Shown here one piece after another: positions 25,902-38,600 of a stretch of DNA of 64,000 nt (position 1 is the stretch's first letter; every line of letters begins with the position of its first letter). The stretch covers positions 186,001 to 250,000 of the forward strand of contig JAPDFW010000080.1 of assembly GCA_028826165.1 (NCBI GenBank), in the 5' to 3' direction. Position numbers and translations under genes: made by a program. The DNA is from Anaeramoeba ignava BMAN. Taxonomy: Eukaryota > Protista > Anaeramoebae. Under the pieces are notes generated by a model. The model was not told the DNA's origin and did not search any database. It saw only the letters and a program-made list of their open reading frames with translations.

Positions 25902-26340
25902 TTACTAAATCAAAAAAAAAATAGAAAGAAATATTTTGAAAGATGTAAAAAAAAAACTGAAATTAACATCATGCAAAAAAAAAATTTTTTTTTTTAAATG
26001 ATCAAAAACGAAAAAAACAAAAAACAAAACAAAAACAAAATTTTAAAAAAGAAATTGATTATTAATAAAATCAACTTATATTTGTTTTAAATTAATTGTT
26101 TTTCAGTTTAAAATGATGTTTTAAAATGGTTAATTTGTTTTATTTTTATTTTTATTTTTGGAAAATTGTTTTTGGAAATAAAATAAAAATAAAGGAAAAA
26201 ATTATTAGATTTACCTCATAAAATTTATTTGTAAAAACCCTTTTAAAGATCATTTTCCCATTCAAAAAGAAATTCTATTTAAATTTTTTTCTTCCATTTT
26301 TATCCTTTTATTCTTTTTTCCAATTAAAAATCTTAAAAAA

Positions 26341-27170
26341 TATTTATTTATAAAATAATAATAAAATCAAATAGATTTAATTTAATATTTAATTTAAAAA
26401 TTTATTAAAATAATATTTAAATTAAATTTAATGTTTAAAATAATATTTTAATGTATTAGAAATAAAAATTTTATTAATTAAAAATATCTATTTATAAAAT
26501 AATAATAAAATAAAATAGATTTAATTTAATATTTAATTTAGAAATTTATTTAAAATATTATTTAAATTAAATTTAATGTTTAAAATAATATTTTAATGTA
26601 TTAGAAATTAAAATTTTATTAATTAAAAATATTTATTTATAAAATAATAATAAAATTAAATATATTTAATTTAATACTTAATTTATAAATTTATTTAAAA
26701 TATTATTTAAATTAAATTTAATGTTTAAAATAATATTTTAATGTATTAGAAATTAAAATTTTATTAATTAAAATATCTATTTATAAAATAATAATAAAAT
26801 AAAATAGATTTAATTTAATATTTAATTTAAAAATTTATTTAGAAATATTATTTAAATTAAATTTAATGTTTAAAATAATATTTTTAATGTATTAGAAATT
26901 AAAATTTTATTAATTAAAAATATTTATTTATAAAATAATAATAAAATTAAATAGATTTAATTTAATATTTAATTTAGAAATTTATTTAAAATATTATTTA
27001 AATTAAATTTAATGTTTAAAATAATATTTTAATGTATTAGAAATAAAAATTTTATTAATTAAAAATATTTATTTATAAAATAATAATAAAATTAAATAGA
27101 TTTAATTTAATATTTAATTTAAAAATTTATTTAAAAATATTATTTAAATTAAATTTAATGTTTAGAAAAA
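26341..27170. repeat. Tandem satellite, ~144-147-bp unit, ~5.7 copies, almost pure A/T
   Basis: The unit start TATTTATTTATAAAATAATAATAAAA (or the TATCTA variant) recurs at ~26341, 26485, 26630, 26774, 26921 and 27066. Confidence 0.9.
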
Positions 27171-27214
27171 TATTTTATTGTTTTATTTGGGAAAGAAATG
27201 TAAAAAAAAAAGAT

Positions 27215-27871
27215 TCAAATATGTTTAAATTCAGGTTTCAATTCCCAATTATGTTTGAAATCACCCTTTTTATGATAATAAGCAATTTCCCCCAAAACCT
27301 TTTTCAAAAAATCTTCAGGTTGATTTACTTTGGAATTGATTTCATCCAAAGCCCAAAATTCTTTTTGTTTAAAACAATCAAAAAGTTCTTGTCTCAAATC
27401 TTCTTCTTTCATTCTAAATCTACGATTTTGTTTTTTTGTTTTATCTTGGCTTTTTTTCTGAGGCATAACAGGCTTTTCTGTCTCAGGATCAAATTCTGAA
27501 ATTGCTCTTCTTGGTTCTTGAATTTTATTTTTTTGTCGTTGAATTTGTTGAAATTTTTTAAGATTTCCAACAGATAATGAACCCTTGTTTCTAACTGAAC
27601 CAACAAAAGAGAATTCCTTTGTCTTTGTATTTTCTGCGACAATATATCCGTCTCTCACGATATCTTGTTCCATTTTGATTTCGTATTTTGTTTTTTCTTG
27701 TTTTTCTTGTGATTCAAGAATTAATGAAAATTCACTTAAATTTTTGTTATATTGAATTGAACCAATTACTGCATTTGGGTTTTTTTCAATTTCTGAACGA
27801 ATAGAATTAGGGATTTTTACTAACAAAATTTTATTATCAATTTGTGATTTTTCAGCAATTTTAAATTCCAT
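27215..27871 (-). CDS. GTF2F2: Transcription initiation factor IIF beta subunit (RAP30-like)
   Basis: C-terminal winged-helix motif LF..F...FW.L..I...VNQPE.FLK.VL.EIA.Y.KKG.....WELKPEF. Likely start is MEFKIAEK at 27871. Confidence 0.8.
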   Translation of the reverse strand: MEFKIAEKSQIDNKILLVKIPNSIRSEIEKNPNAVIGSIQYNKNLSEFSLILESQEKQEKTKYEIKMEQDIVRDGYIVAENTKTKEFSFVGSVRNKGSLSVGNLKKFQQIQRQKNKIQEPRRAISEFDPETEKPVMPQKKSQDKTKKQNRRFRMKEEDLRQELFDCFKQKEFWALDEINSKVNQPEDFLKKVLGEIAYYHKKGDFKHNWELKPEFKHI

Positions 27872-28110
27872 TTTGAAAGAGAAAAATGAAAACTTTTCAA
27901 AAAATAAAAAAAAAAATTTATATTTTTGATAAAAAAAAATCATTCCACTTTTTTCTTTTGAATGAAAAAAAACCTTTTGAATTTTGTTTTTCGATATTTT
28001 TATTTTAATGAGAAGCTTAACAAATAAGTGTTAAATTCTCCAAAAAAATATTTTGAGAAAGAAATATAAAAGAATAAGAGTAAAAAAAGTAAAAAAGTAA
28101 AAGAAAAAAA

Positions 28111-30100
28111 TCAATTGCAACATCCACGCTTTAATTCTTTTCGAGAATGAGCGGATGTTTGTTTTAAATCAATTGTAGTTTTTGATTTAGACTGATTTTC
28201 TGTTAAATCGTTTTGTTCTTTTCGGTTTAAAATATCTTTTGTAATTGAAAGAAAAGATTCTTCAACATTTATATTATCTTTTGCAGAAGTTTCAAAAAAA
28301 GGAATTCCAATTTCTTCTGCTAGTTCAATTCCTTTTGATGTTTCAATTTTTCTTCCTTCTTTCATATCTATTTTATTTCCTAATAAAATTTTACTGACAT
28401 TTTCATTTGCATTCATTTGAATATTTTTTAACCAATTTGAAATATTTCCAAATGAGTTTGCATCTGTTACATCATAAACAAGCATAATTCCCATTGCATT
28501 TCGATAATAAGCTTTTTGTTTTTTTTTTTTAAATTAGTTATTTTTTTTTATAAAATATTTTAGATGTAATTTTGTTTTACCAGCAGTTATTGTTCGGAAT
28601 CTTTCTTGACCTGCTGTATCCTTTATTTTTCGAAATAAATTTTAATTTCAATATCAAAATGAATTTTAATTTCAAAATGAATTTTAATTTTAATTTTAAT
28701 TTTAATTTTGATTTTAATTTTAATTTCAATTTCAAAATGAATTTCAATTTCAATTTTAATTTTAATTTTAATTTTAATTTTAATTTTAATTTTAATTTTA
28801 ATTTTAATTTTAATTTTAATTTTAAAATGAATTTCAATTTTAATTTTAATTTCAAAATGAATTTCAATTTTAATTTCAAAATGAATTTTAATTTCAAAAT
28901 GAATTTCAATTTTAATTTCAAAATGAATTTTAATTTCAAAATGAATTTTAATTTCAAAATGAATTTTAATTTCAAAATGAATTTCAATTTTAAAATGAAT
29001 TTTAATTTCAAAATGAATTTTAATTTCAAAATGAATTTTAATTTTAATTTTAATTTTAATTTTAATTTTAATTTTAATTTTAATTTTAATTTTAATTTTA
29101 ATTTTAATTTTAATTTTAATTTCAATTTTAATTTTAATTTCAAAATGAATTTTAATTTCAAAATCAATTTTAATTTTAATTTTAATTTTAATTTTAATTT
29201 CAATTTTAATTTTAATTTCAAAATGAATTTTAATTTTAATTTTAATTTTAATTTTAATTTTAATTTTAATTTCAAAATGAATTTTAATTTTAATTTTAAT
29301 TTTAATTTCAAAATGAATTTTAATTTCAAAATGAATTTTAATTTTAATTTTAATTTTAATTTTAATTTCAATTTTAATTTTAATTTCGAAATGAATTTTA
29401 ATTTCAATTTCAATATCAAAATGAATTTTAATTTTAATTTTAATTTTAATTTTAATTTCAAAATGAATTTTAATTTTAATTTAAAAATGAATTTCAATTT
29501 CAAAATGAATTTTAATTTTAATTTAAAAATGAATTTCAATTTCAAAATGAATTTTAATTTCAAAATGAATTTTAATTTTAACTCTCTTGTAATATTAAAA
29601 GGATAATTTCTTTAAATAATAGTCCAAATTTTTGTTTTTTTCTTGATTTAAACTAAAATACCCAAATTTGTAACTTAATTTTTTTATCTTCTAATTCAAT
29701 TAAACGAGTTTTAAAATCAATTCTAAAAGAAAAGAAAAGCAAAAAAAATAATAATAATAATAATAATAAAAAAGAAAAAAAAACGTTTTAAGTAAATAAA
29801 AAGAGCAAATCAAAGAGAAAAATCAAAATAAATTAAAAATACCCAATTGTAGAAATGAAAGTTGGAGAAAATTTATCATCCTAAATTAAAAAATAAATTA
29901 GAAAATAAATTAAAAAATAAATTAGAAAATAAATTAAAAAATAAATTAGAAAATAAATTAAAAAATAAATTAAAAAATTAATTAAAAAATTAATTAAAAA
30001 ATAAAAATACAGAAAAACGGAGGAGAAGTGAAGATTTGCCAACACCACTATCTCCAATCATTAATAAATTAATTAAATAATCATATTCTGAATCTTCCAT
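28111..30100 (-). CDS. RAB8: Rab8/Sec4-like small GTPase (~209 aa); exons 30100-30011, 29880-29843, 29722-29662, 28620-28581, 28511-28111
   Basis: [29 protein letters not shown]|[30 protein letters not shown] and C-terminal GCCN. Four GT-AG introns join in frame. Confidence 0.9.
28635..29580. repeat. AATTTT/AATTTC/AAAATG hexamer-based microsatellite in Rab8 intron 3
   Basis: Directly visible; source of the spurious NF and LK ORFs. Confidence 0.92.
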
Positions 30101-30360
30101 TTGATTTTAGATTAAAAAAAAATTTTTTAAATTAAATTAAATTAAATTAAAAAAAAAAAACCGAAATTTTTTTGTTTGTTTTGTTTGTTATAAAAAATCA
30201 AAAAATTAAAGAAAGAATTTAAAGAAAGTTTTTAAAAGATTGGAAAAGCAAATAAAACAAAGAAAATAAAGAAAAAAAATGAAATGAAAAAATATTAAAA
30301 ATTTAAAAAAATTTTTTCATTTTTTTTTCATTTTTTTTTCCCTTTTTATTTTTTCTTTTA

Positions 30361-33300
30361 ATGGATTGGCTTTATACACCTTTAAAACAATACCAATATT
30401 CAAAATGGATTTTTGTTAAATTACTTTCTGTTAAAGATTTAAATTTAGAAAATCCAGAAGGTAAATTTTAAATAATATTTTTATTTCAAAAAAAAAAATG
30501 CAAAAAAAAATTTTTTAAATTATTCTCTTTTTAAAATATAAAAAGTAAACAATGATTTTTATTGTAAACTTTATGTTGAGCATCAATTATATCAAACAAG
30601 AGCAATATTTGGAACTCAATCACCAGAATTTAATCAAGTAATTTTTCATCAAAAAAAAAAAAAAACAAATTAAAAAAAAATAATAAAAATTTCTTTTTTA
30701 AAATTTATTTAGACATTTAGATTTGGTTTAATGAATAAGAAAAAAAAACTTACGATTGAAATTTATCAATTCAAATCCTTTATAAAGTCTGTTTATTTTC
30801 AATTTATAAAATTAAAATTAAAATTCATTTATAAAATTAAAATTATAATTTAATTTTGTTTAGCGATATTAAATACGGATCTGTTTTTGTTACTCTTCAA
30901 GGATTAAAACATGAACAAAGCAATAAATTTGCTTTTGATATCCCAGTATTTTTTTTAAAAAAATTTCCAAAAAAAAAAAATCAAAATTTAATTTTAAAAT
31001 TTAATTTGAAATAAGAATGCTTCATCTGGAAAAGTTTTTATTGAGTTAACTTACATTTCATTTGCGAAAATTAATTTAAGCGATGTTTGTTGAAAAAAAT
31101 CAAATTTAAAAAAATCAAATTAAAAAAATCAAATTTAAAAAAAATCAAATTTAAAAAAGTTCCATTTATTTCAATATTCTTCGACTTCTCATGACAAATC
31201 TTCTATTTTATCCCGAAGAAAATCTATAACTGGAATTAGTGATACAGAAACAGAATATGAAGAAAATGAAAATCAAAATATATCAGATCAAATGGAAAAT
31301 CAAGATAAAATTTCAGAAAAAGAAATAACAAATAAAGATCAAGAAAATAAGAATAAAAAAAGTGATTTTAGTGATGATCAATTTGAAGATTTTGATTTCA
31401 TTAATGGGGAAAATCAAAATGAAAATGAAAATGAAAATGAAAATGAAAATCAAAATCAAAATCAAAATCAATTTGAAAATGAAAAAGATGATCAACCATT
31501 AACACTTGATTTTATTTATGGATATCATGGATGGGAAGGAAGAAATAATCTTCATTTTATTTCTGAAAAAGAAATCATTTATACAGCATCAACAAGAGGA
31601 ATAATTTACAATATGAAGACACACAAACAAGAATTTTTACAATATCATGAATCAGATATTTATTGGTAAAAAGAGAAAAAATCAATTATTTATTTTTTTT
31701 TATAATTTGAATCAACCAATCAAAAAATTTTTTCATTTATTTCTCAAATTTTGATTACTTTTAAGTGATGCTATTAATTATGATAAAACTTTATTTTGTA
31801 CTGCAGAAATGAAAGATAATCCTTTAATATGTGTTTGGGATATTAAAGAAAGAAAATTATTATCATCTTTTTTTACTCAAAATGAAAATGGAATTGAATA
31901 TATTACTTTTTCTGAAGAAGGTACAAGATTAGTTACTGTAGGATCAGATTCTAAACACACAATTTCGTTATATGATTGGAAAAAAAGACAATTAATATGT
32001 TCACATATTGGTGATGAAAATAACAAAGTAGAAAATTAAAAATGAAAATTCAAAATTAAAAATTAAAAATTCAAAATGAAAATTAAAAATTATCTTTAGA
32101 TTTTTTATGCTCAATTTAATTCATTTTCACAAACAGAATTTATAACTTGTGGTTTTATGCATTTGACATTTTGGAGTTATGATGCAAATTCAAATTCTCT
32201 AATTTTTAAAAAACCTGAAATGGGAAAAAAAGAAACTAAATATATGTTTCTTTCTTTATTATTAATGAATAATCATATTTTTTGTGGGAATAAAAAAGGA
32301 GATATACTTATTTTTAATTACCAAACTCATCAATTAATTAATACTTTAAGAGCTCATAATGTAAAAATTTAAAATATAAATATAAATATAAATATAAATA
32401 TAAATATAAATATAAATCTAAATATAAATATAAATATAAATATAAATATAAATATAAATATAAATATAAATCAAAAATATAAATATAAATATAAATATAA
32501 ATATAAATATAAATATAAAATATAAATATAAATATAAATATAAATATAAATATAAATATAAATATAAATATAAATATAAATATAAATATAAATATAAATA
32601 TAAATATAAATATAAATATAAATATAAATATAAATATAAATATAAATATAAATATAAATATAAATATAAATATAAATATAAATATAAATATAAATATAAA
32701 TATAAATATAAATATAAATATAAATATAAATATAAATATAAATATAAATATAAATATAAATATAAATATAAATATAAATATAAATATAAATATAAATATA
32801 AATATTTAAATTAAATTTTAATTAGGGTCCTTGTTTTCTTTTGAAAAGAATGAATGACGAAATATTTTTTACTTGTGGAAAAGATGGAAAAATGTTAATT
32901 TTTAGTTCATTAAATTTCCAAAAGAATTCACAAATACAATTAGGAATTGGATCTATTCGTTCTGCAGATTGTTTTAATAATCAAATGATTTTTGGAAATT
33001 TAAAAAATCAAATTTGGGAAATGGATTTAGAAACTAAAAAACCAAATTTAGTTCTTTTTGTATAAAAATTAAAATTAAAATTAAAATCAAAATTAAAATT
33101 AAAATTAAAATTAAAATTAAAATTAAAATAAATATTAAAATTAAAATTAAAATCAAAATTAAAATCAAAATTAAAATTAAAATTAAAATTAAAATTAAAA
33201 TTAAAATTAAAATTAAAATTAAAATTAAAATTAATATTAAAATTAAAATTTAAATCAAAATTAAAATTAAAATTTAAATTAAAATTAAAATTAAAATTAA

Positions 33301-35533
33301 AATTAAAATTAAAATTAATATTTAAAATTAAAATTAAAATAAATATTAAAATTAAAATTAAAATTAAAATTAAAATCAAAAATTAAAATTAAAATTTAAA
33401 TCAAAATTAAAATTAAAATTAAAATTAAAATTAAAATTAAAATTAAAATTAAAATCAAAAATTAAAATTAAAATTAAAATTAAAATTAAAATTAAAATTA
33501 ATATTAAAATTAATATTTAAATCAAAATTAAAATTAAAATTAAAATTAAAATCAAAATTAATATTATAATTAAAATTAAAATTAAAATTAAAATTAAAAT
33601 CAAAATTAAAATTAAAATTAAAATTAAAATCAAAATTAAAATTAAAATTAAAATTAAAATTAATATTAAAATTAAAATTAAAATTAATATTTAAATTAAA
33701 ATCAAAATTAATATTATAATTAAAATTAAAATTAAAATTAAAATTAAAATCAAAATTAAAATTAAAATTTAAATCAAAATTAAAATTAAAATTAAAATTA
33801 AAATTAAAATTAAAATTAAAATTAAAATTAAAATTAAAATTAAAATTAAAATTAAAATTAAAATTAAAATTAAAATTAAAATTAAAATTAATATTAAAAT
33901 TAATAATTAAAAAGGGAAATATTGAGCCTGTTTATGGACTCGCAGTTCATCCAAAAAAAAAAGAATTCCTTACAGCATGTGATGATAGAACACTTCGGTT
34001 ATGGGATTCAACAACACACTCTGAAATATCTAAGAAAAGTATAAATGGACAACCAAGACTTGTTATTTTTTCAGATGATGGAGAATATATTGCTTTAGTT
34101 CTTCGAGATGGAGAATTTTATATTTTGAGATCTGATAATTATAAACATATTTCTAACAGAAAAGATACAACTTCTTTTGCTTCAACAATGTCTTTTTCTC
34201 CTGATTCTCGTTATTTTGCAATGGCTTATTTTGATGGGAAAATTGATATTTATGATTCAAATACTGGTTTTAGAAAAAATCAATCAATAAAAATTGATTT
34301 AAAAAAAATTGATATTGAAGAAAGTAAACAAAATCAATTTAGTATTCAATATTCAATTCAATATTTAATTCAATTCAATATTTAATTCAATATTTAATAT
34401 TTAATATTTAATATTTAATTCAATTTAATATTTAATTCAATATTTAATTTAATATTTAATTCAATATTGAATTTAATTTAATATTTAATTCAATTTAATA
34501 TTTAATTTAATATTTAATTTAATATTCAATATAATTCAATATTTAATTCAATATTCAATTTAATATTTAATTCAATATTGAATTTAGTATTCAATATTTA
34601 ATTTAGTATTCAATATTTAATTTTAATATTTAATTCAATTCAATATTTAATTCAATATTCAATTTAATATTTAATTCAATATTGAATTTAGTATTCAATA
34701 TTTAATTTAGTATTCAATATTTAATTCAATTCAATATTTAATTTAGTATTCAATTTAATTCAATTCAATTTAATTCAATTTAATTTAATATTTAGTTCAA
34801 TATTTAATTCAATATTTAATATTTAATATTTAATTCAATATTCAATTCAATATTTAATTCAATATTTAATTTAATATTTAGTTCAATATTTAATTTAATA
34901 TTCAATATAATTCAATATTTAATTCAATATTTAATTTAATATTCAATTTAGTATTCAATTTAATTCAATATTCAATATTCAATTTAATTCAATATAATTT
35001 AATATTTAATTCAATTTAATATTCAATTTAATATTCAATTTAATATTTAATTTAATATTCAATTTAATTCAATATTCAATATTTAATATTAATTATTGAA
35101 AAAATTAGGAGATATCAAAGCTTTAAATTGGTCAAGTGATTCAAAATATCTTCAAATCCTTCAAATTCCTATTAAAATTTCTACATTCAGTTTTGAAACA
35201 AATAAATTATTATCAAAAGAAGAAGAGGAAGAACTAAAAACACAAAATATTCAATGGAAAGGAAATCGATTTCAAAATATTCAACAATTTCAAGATTATT
35301 CAGAATCATTTTCTCAAGTTCAATATCCAGAACATAAAAACTTATTTGTTGCTCTTGATAGATCAAACAAAATGAAACTTTTTTCTTTACCTTTAGATCC
35401 AAATAAAATCAAAACTTATAATGCTCATGATACTCCAATTGCTCAAGTTGATTTTATTCAAGATTCTCATGTTCTTTCAGTTGGTGGTGAAGATCGTTGC
35501 ATTTTTCAATGGAAATTAAACACAAAAATTTAA
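30361..35533 (+). CDS. C2-domain + HELP/WD40 (EMAP/EML-like) protein, multi-exon
   Basis: Spliced N-terminal exons read ..IFVKLLSVKDL..FYCKLYVEHQLYQTRAIFGTQSPEFNQTFRF..LTIEIY..G.V.V.L.., which is C2-like. These are followed by the HELP motif LTLDFIYGYHGWEGRNNLHF and WD40 repeats, ending SVGGEDRCIFQWK as in EML proteins. Confidence 0.78.
32372..32803. repeat. Near-perfect (AAATAT)n microsatellite in an EML intron
   Basis: About 70 tandem hexamers visible. Confidence 0.95.
33065..33905. repeat. (AAAATT)n microsatellite in an EML intron
   Basis: Directly visible. Confidence 0.92.
34335..35095. repeat. Degenerate AATATTT/AATTC repeat in an EML intron
   Basis: Directly visible. Confidence 0.85.
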
Positions 35534-35686
35534 TTTTAATTAACAAAATCAAAATCAAAATCAAAATCAAAATCAAAATTAATTTCAAAATCGGAAAAAA
35601 ATTTAATTAAAAAATTTAATTCAACAAAAAACAACATTTCCTTCTTATTTCAATTTAATTTCATTTCTTTATTTTATAATTTAATT

Positions 35687-38600
35687 TTAATTCAAATAAT
35701 TCATCATAATTGAATGAACTTCATGAAGAATTGAAAGAAATTCTGGTTGCTTTAAAGAAAATATTTTCGATATTAAAATATGAAAAAATTCTTGAATTGA
35801 AAAAATAGATTCAGTTTTTTCATATAAAATAATTGATTCATCAAAAATACTCCAATACTCAAGAAAATCACTTTCATTTTTAGTCAATTCTGCAAAAGAA
35901 GAACGAAATTCTCCAATTTGTTTGTTAATCAAATCTGGATCGTTTTTTCTGAAAAAATTATATTTGAAATGTTCATTTGATTCATTGCTTAAAATTTGAC
36001 ATGAGTCCAAAAACTTTTCCATAAATAAACGAAGTAAAAATTGACAAAATCGAACATCTTGAAAATTAAAGCGATAAAATTTACTATCAAAATCCTGATT
36101 CATATTCCCAATATCTTTTGATTTCTCGCTTTTTTCTTCAAGATAACGAACAAGATCCAAAGAAAAATTTTTTTGTTTTAAAACAAAAGATTCTGATTCT
36201 GATGGCAATGATGATTGAAGCAAAATAAACCAAGCATCAATAAAAAAGAAGGATTTAACCTGTTCCAAACCAATCAATTTTGTTGAGAAAATCCAGCGAA
36301 TGATTTCATCAAGCAACAAACTCAAAAAAGCAACTTTGTTTTCTTTTTGAGATTGCGAATATTTTTCAAGTCTTTTGATCAGTGTGATAATTAAAATGAA
36401 AACAGAACCTGTTAACAACAAATAAGAAATTTCTGTTGAATCCTTATATTTTTCTGTGAAGTTTTCTGGGATCATTTCATTCAAACTTTTAAAAGATTTC
36501 CCATAACTTAATAAATATTTCGTTAAACAAGTTTCAAAAAGAATCGAGAATGTTGTTTTGGATTCAATATCTGTTTCAAGTAGAGATGTGATTGCCATCC
36601 CAATATCAAATATTTCCGATAATTCAATGCAAGTTTTGGTTTTGATTGTGACGAAAGTTAAGTTTGATTCTGAGAAGTAGTTGAAATGCCTAAAAAAATA
36701 TTCAAAAACATTCATTTGTCTTTCACGAACCAGATTATGTTGGTCAATCAACTCCACCAGATTTATCACGATCATTGAGACATCATTTGGAGTTATGCCG
36801 CTACACAATTTCAAAGAAAAAGAATCGAGAGTGTTTTTGTTGAATTTGTTTTCATTTGCTTTTCCAGAAAGAAAGAATTTTGGTTGGATCACTGTCTGTT
36901 TTTCTTCCACTTTTATTTTTGGATCGTGTTGTTCATTGGAAAGATTAGAAAATTGTTCCTTGCTTGTTAAATCTTTGAATAGCACATACTCTTCTTTGTT
37001 GATTTCTGGGAATGAAAAGCGGATAATGTTCATTGCAAACGAAAGATAGGCCAAAAATTTATCAATGTTTTTTTGCTTGTCAATCATCCCTATTGACTGT
37101 ATAAATTGGAGAGAAAACGGAATATCATGAGATTTATGCAAATGCTCTTGGAACCTATTGCTCTTCTCAAACAACGTTAAAGAAAGTGAATTATCTGTGA
37201 TTTTTTTCAGTTCTATTTTTTCAAACTTTATGAAAACATCCTCAAGAACTTGCGTATATGTTTCTGTTTCAAGACATTCCCAGTTGAATTGCTGCATAAT
37301 TTTCGAGAGGAAATACGAATATTTCTTTTGAGATGAATTGCTTGTTCTTTCATCTTCAAATTTGATTAGCGGATACAGTGCCAACCGGAAAAGAATTCCA
37401 TTAAATCTTGGGTTATCTTTACTTTTTTTATCAATATTTTCCCATCTAAATAAACCAAAAATCTCAGAAATTAATTGGAATTGTATATGCTTATGAACTT
37501 CGAGAATTTTCAAAAGTAGCTCTTCTGAAACTACAACATCTCTCCACGGCAATCTCAATATAAAAATATTGATAAAAGAGTCTGAGAACATATACTCTTC
37601 TTCCATTAGATCCAGAAAATTAAACAGAAAGTTTGTCATGATTTGAGGGTTTTCCTTTTTGAATTGCAATCTTGAAATAAAACTGCAAAGCAACTCGATT
37701 ATATTTTGTTCATTTTTCTCAATAATTTTAATAGAATTGGGACTTATTGTGTAGTCTCCAATTTTTTTCTGGTTTGAAGCAATGATAAACCACTTGAAAA
37801 TTTTCCAAACAAACAAAAAATGTAACCTTAGTTTCTCATTTATTCCCGAAACACTTATCATTGATTCTTCTGTGTTTGTTGGATATTCCCTTTCGAAATG
37901 AACAAGTATTTTGTTGAAAAATGGGACAAAATATCTGAGTTGATTTGATAAATATGAATAAATTTCAATCGGAATTTGTATTTTAGTAGAGCATTTCTCC
38001 AAAAAATTTGCAAACATTTCTGCAAATTGATCAAGAATTTTAGGGAAGCAAATATAATGAGCATGATCCTGGATAAACATCCAGATATCTGGACTTATTT
38101 GGGGATCGGTTGTCATATCGAAAAGAAACTGGAAAACATCCATAAATTTTGTGTTCATAATCTTTTTGAAAAGATGGCGAAGACTTTGGGAAATGTGTCC
38201 AAACAAAGAAGGGAATTTCTCTTTCAAATCAATAGTGCATAGTATAATTAAATTTTTCGCAGATTCAAAATAGAAATTGTCATCCATTTGACTTTTTTTG
38301 ATCCACGGTTTGAAACTGAAAAAATTCCACAAAGTACCCAATGCACTTACATTTGTATTATTTTTTTTTTGAATCACAGAATCGATGAGAATTCTATAAA
38401 GTTGAAAAAATTTTTCACCCTCGTTTTGTGGGTCAAATTGGGTGATCAAATAAGGGAGAGAATTTGGATACTGAATTGTATACTTGAGAATTTGACCTGA
38501 ATCCTTGATAAATGTTTTGTAAAGTTTGGGAATTGTCTTAGTGAAAAGAATATCAAAAAACGGATCGCAAAGCGCAACATCCTTTTGATATTCAAGAAGA

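Noticed and set aside
28572-29606. 344-aa NF-rich and 328-aa LK-rich ORFs on both strands
   Set aside because: They lie in Rab8 intron 3, whose removal restores W-DTAGQE.
32372-32803. (AAATAT)n as a telomeric or interstitial telomere repeat
   Set aside because: There is no G-rich strand, and it is bounded by GT-AG intron ends within a gene.
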